Below, piece after piece: positions 29,212-32,000 of a DNA stretch of 32,000 nt. This DNA is from Fastidiosibacter lacustris (lineage in GTDB: Bacteria; Pseudomonadota; Gammaproteobacteria; Francisellales; Francisellaceae), in the NCBI RefSeq assembly GCF_003428155.1, contig NZ_QLIR01000015.1, forward strand, positions 14,003 through 46,002, in the 5' to 3' direction. Within the stretch, counting starts at the first letter, position 1, and every line of letters begins with the position of its first letter. The notes below the pieces were generated by a model, which searched no databases, had not been told where the DNA came from, and saw only the letters and a list, made by a program, of their open reading frames with translations. Made by a program: the position numbers and the translations under genes.

Positions 29212-30251
29212 AAGAATATCAAAGCGATTTATTAATTATTGGTTGTGGGATTGTAGGGCTGACAACAGCAACACTCGCTGCAATACGTAACCCAAGCCTT
29301 TCAATGACTCTGGTAGATAAAAATTTAATTGGTTTTGGAGCATCAGGGTATTCTGCTGGCTTCTCGACACCACTTGCAAAAACGGACACAGAGAATGGAA
29401 AAAAATTGATTATTGAGGGTAGCTCTGTAATGCAAGAACTCCAAGACCATATTGATCTGAAGTTAAAAAAGAAACAGGCATACTACATTGTAGGTGCTAC
29501 AAGCATAAATAATTTTCAGAAATATTATATAGCATCTGACTTGGAAGATTCTAATGATTGTGCATTAAAAACCAAATGTTCTATAGGGAATTATTTAAAC
29601 ATCCCAACGGATAAGAAAATTTATTTTTCTAGGCAAAGCGCTCACTGTGCTGATTTGCCAATGCTGATGAACCAAATGTCATTGTTTCTCAGAAGAAAAG
29701 CCCATATGATTTTTGAATGCTCTCCGATTCATCACATGGATAAAGAGCATATTACATTGGAGAGCGGGGTGAGCTTAAAAAGCAAAAAAAACCTTTTTAC
29801 AACTGGTCCTTGGCAGTATGGGGAGGCACTTCAAAAAACTAATCAGGTGAAAATAAAAAAGGTTGCAGCATTGCATTTAGCTTCTATACCTGCTGAGGAT
29901 GATCCAGCAATTATTTTTTTTGATGAGAAAGCTTTTTTATTGCCCTTGCCCGAAAAAGGTTATTGGCTGATGAGCTTCACTTCAGAAGATTGGGATGTAG
30001 CACCTAAGCAACAGCTGACATTTTCAGAGAAAGATTTAGAAATCGCTCTTGGGATTCTGAGGAAATATTCAAACGAACTGGGTGATTTATTTTCAGGTGG
30101 AAGAGTGTTTTGCGATCATTATTCGCCATCTGGGGAGATTTCAATTTCAACCCTGTCAAAAGCAAACCTTCTTGTTGAAGGAGCATCCGGATCTGGATAT
30201 CGATTCTCTTATGCTATCGCTAGCCAAATATGTAGAGAGTTTTTAACATGA
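29208..30251 (+). CDS. DAO-type FAD-dependent oxidoreductase (Spb39-like by gene context)
   Basis: DLLIIGCGIVGLTTATLAA...TLVDKNLIGFGASGYSAGFSTPLAK; ATGA overlap with the cupin stop. Confidence 0.85.
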   Translation: MKEYQSDLLIIGCGIVGLTTATLAAIRNPSLSMTLVDKNLIGFGASGYSAGFSTPLAKTDTENGKKLIIEGSSVMQELQDHIDLKLKKKQAYYIVGATSINNFQKYYIASDLEDSNDCALKTKCSIGNYLNIPTDKKIYFSRQSAHCADLPMLMNQMSLFLRRKAHMIFECSPIHHMDKEHITLESGVSLKSKKNLFTTGPWQYGEALQKTNQVKIKKVAALHLASIPAEDDPAIIFFDEKAFLLPLPEKGYWLMSFTSEDWDVAPKQQLTFSEKDLEIALGILRKYSNELGDLFSGGRVFCDHYSPSGEISISTLSKANLLVEGASGSGYRFSYAIASQICREFLT

Positions 30252-31443
30252 AAGAAAAGTCTGTGGTTTTTATTTTTATAGGTGCATTATTGCTATCATT
30301 TTCATATGGTGCTTTTTTCCTGTTACCTTTGTTTATAGAGCACTTGGGTGGGGCTCAAGATGCTACAGGGTTTCTCTTGGGAGTTACTGGAATTGGAACT
30401 ATCTTTGCCGTTATTGTTAGTAAATTAATGTTAAAAAAAATGAAAAGTAATTTAGTAACTGTAATTGGTTGTATCTCATATACTGTTGGAATTTTATTAT
30501 TTGTTTTTGTTGTACATTCTATGGGACTTAAAATTATTCTAGCTTCTCTACTGTTAGGTATAGGTTGGGGGTTTTATTACAATTCAGCACCATATTCCCT
30601 TTCTTTATTTGCAAATAATACCAATAGAAGTGTGTTTTTTAGTTATTTATCAGCTTTTAGCGTTCTAGGTTCTGGTGTGGCACCTGTTGCAACGCATTTT
30701 TTTGGAAGGACCAAATGGATTTTCAATATTTATTTTTTATTGCGGGTATTGCAAGTTTAGTTGCTGCAGGTTGTTTTTATTTAGCAAGACCTGAATTCAA
30801 AGAATTTCCAAAAAATGAAACACATTGGAAAACATTTTCTTTGATTATAAAATCAATGGCTCTATACCCTCTCATTATGGTATTTTTGGGAGCCTGTGCG
30901 TTTACCATTATGGTGAATTTTCAGTCAACATACGCAAATAGTATTGGAATGAATTATTCATCTTTTTATTTAATTTATTCCCTTTCTGTTGTTTTATCGC
31001 GACTTTTGTTGGGTAAGCGTCTTTCTCAATATAATCAGTATAAAGTTGCAATTGTGTTGTTAATCCTAATGGTGATAAGTTTGACCTCATTCTTGTTTTC
31101 AAGTGACAGTGTTTTGTTGTATTGTATTAGCTCAGCTTTATTTGGCATAAGTTATGGTTTAGTATATCCGACAATACAGGCTATTGCTGTTAATGTTACA
31201 CAACCAAATCACCGGGCGGATGTGATTACCTTTTTTTCTTTATCATATTTTATTGGTGTCTATGCCTTTCCTCCAATAGCTGGATTGGCTATCGTGGCTT
31301 TTGGCTATACGAGTGTTATTATTATAATTTCTACCTTAGCTTTTATTGAGTTGATATTGGCACTTGTTTTACTAAAATTATCTATTTTTTCGATTAATCC
31401 AGAATCTCTGTACACGAAGAAAGATTTGCAAAGTGCTGAGTAA
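30248..31443 (+). CDS. MFS exporter, split by an apparent 1-nt frameshift in a T7 tract (30697-30703)
   Basis: ORFs 30248..30760 and 30715..31443 are two halves of one MFS protein. Adding one T gives ...VATHFFWKDQMDFQYLFFIAGIASLV... ATGA overlap with the upstream gene. Confidence 0.8.
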
Positions 31444-31445
31444 GA

Positions 31446-31504
31446 CGTTATTTTTTCTTGATTTGCACAACATGAAAAAGCATCTCAATCAGCTAACGAA
31501 TAGT
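31446..31504 (+). repeat. 59-bp dispersed repeat, copy 2
   Basis: cgttattttttcttgatttgcacaacatgaaaaagcatctcaatcagctaacgaatagt; 54/59 to copy 1. Confidence 0.85.
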
Positions 31505-31518
31505 CTAAAGAAAATTTC

Positions 31519-32000
31519 GGTAGTGTTATTATCTAGCAAATTTGTTTTTATAATTTCAAATAAAAAATAGCGAAAATTGATGTACGCTGCAGGAATTACA
31601 ACTCAATAAAGACAGTTGAAGCAGGTAATAACCAATTGAAATCTAGTCCAAATGGTGCGCAAAGACACCGTTGCCTAGATTGTGGCGAATACTTTCAACT
31701 TGAATATAAAGCACTAGGTCGGCTGTCCAAGACAAAAGAAAGAATTCTTGATATGTGTAGCAATGGTAGTGGTATTCATGGTTGAACTATTCTACAGCCA
31801 TGACTGGAAGAGCTATTCAAAATATATTAGAGTTCTTTCCAAACCTCAATTAGTCAATTTAAAGTTGTAAATTCCCGTTATTAAATTAAATCGAAGTCCA
31901 AACCTTTTTCGTCTATTCCGATATTTGTCGGCAATAATTTTAAAACGTTTTAACATGCCTATTACGTTTTCATTTAGTACACGGAGACTGGATAATTTTC
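31519..32000 (+). mobile_element. Decayed IS1-family relic, same family as the 9476-10034 element (3' boundary not seen)
   Basis: Starts GGTAGTGTTATTATCTAGCAAATTTGTTTTTATAAT, parallel to the reverse complement of 10034-9990. Translation NNQLKSSPNGAQRHRCLDCGEYFQLEYKALGRLSKTKERILDMCSNGSGIHG*. The start codon is ATA. Confidence 0.75.

Noticed and set aside
26118-31443. Interpretation as a conventional hydroxamate siderophore cluster
   Set aside because: The N-hydroxylase alone would fit, but there is no acyltransferase, NIS synthetase, NRPS or TonB receptor; the MetRS-like + cupin + DAO combination fits N-N bond chemistry better.
1-32000. CRISPR arrays, tRNA and rRNA genes
   Set aside because: No regularly spaced direct repeats and no recognisable tRNA/rRNA sequence were seen by eye; a tRNAscan/CRISPR tool run would be needed to exclude them formally.

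Overview
The window is mostly AT-rich gammaproteobacterial chromosome. An orphan second rpoA and the overall gene content suggest the Francisella group, but that is inference. Core-type genes are the secF 3' end, ClC channel, bioC-like gene, secB, mfd, tag, Bcr/CflA MFS, glucokinase, acyl-CoA desaturase, era, HlyD-type protein, 2OG-Fe(II) oxygenase, rpoA paralog, hsp20, Crp/Fnr regulator, MFS, bamC-like gene, purC and a phosphodiester glycosidase-like gene. Accessory modules sit among decayed IS elements (IS1-, IS5- and IS4-like relics). The main discovery candidate is a compact operon at ~26060-31443. It encodes a MetRS-like protein lacking most of the tRNA-binding region, a lysine/ornithine N-monooxygenase, a free-standing small cupin, a DAO-type FAD oxidoreductase and an MFS exporter. 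This gene set matches the logic of the known N-N bond-forming (hydrazine synthetase) pathways, in which N6-hydroxylysine is joined to an amino acid by a fused cupin/MetRS-like enzyme (Spb38/Spb39/Spb40 type). Here the cupin and MetRS-like parts are separate genes in a non-actinobacterial host. Two apparent single-nucleotide frame disruptions, at the MetRS-like N-terminus and in the exporter, need checking. A second accessory module (5-aminolevulinate synthase-like plus EamA exporter) has a candidate promoter whose 17-nt spacer contains a G/C8 tract, which suggests phase variation.
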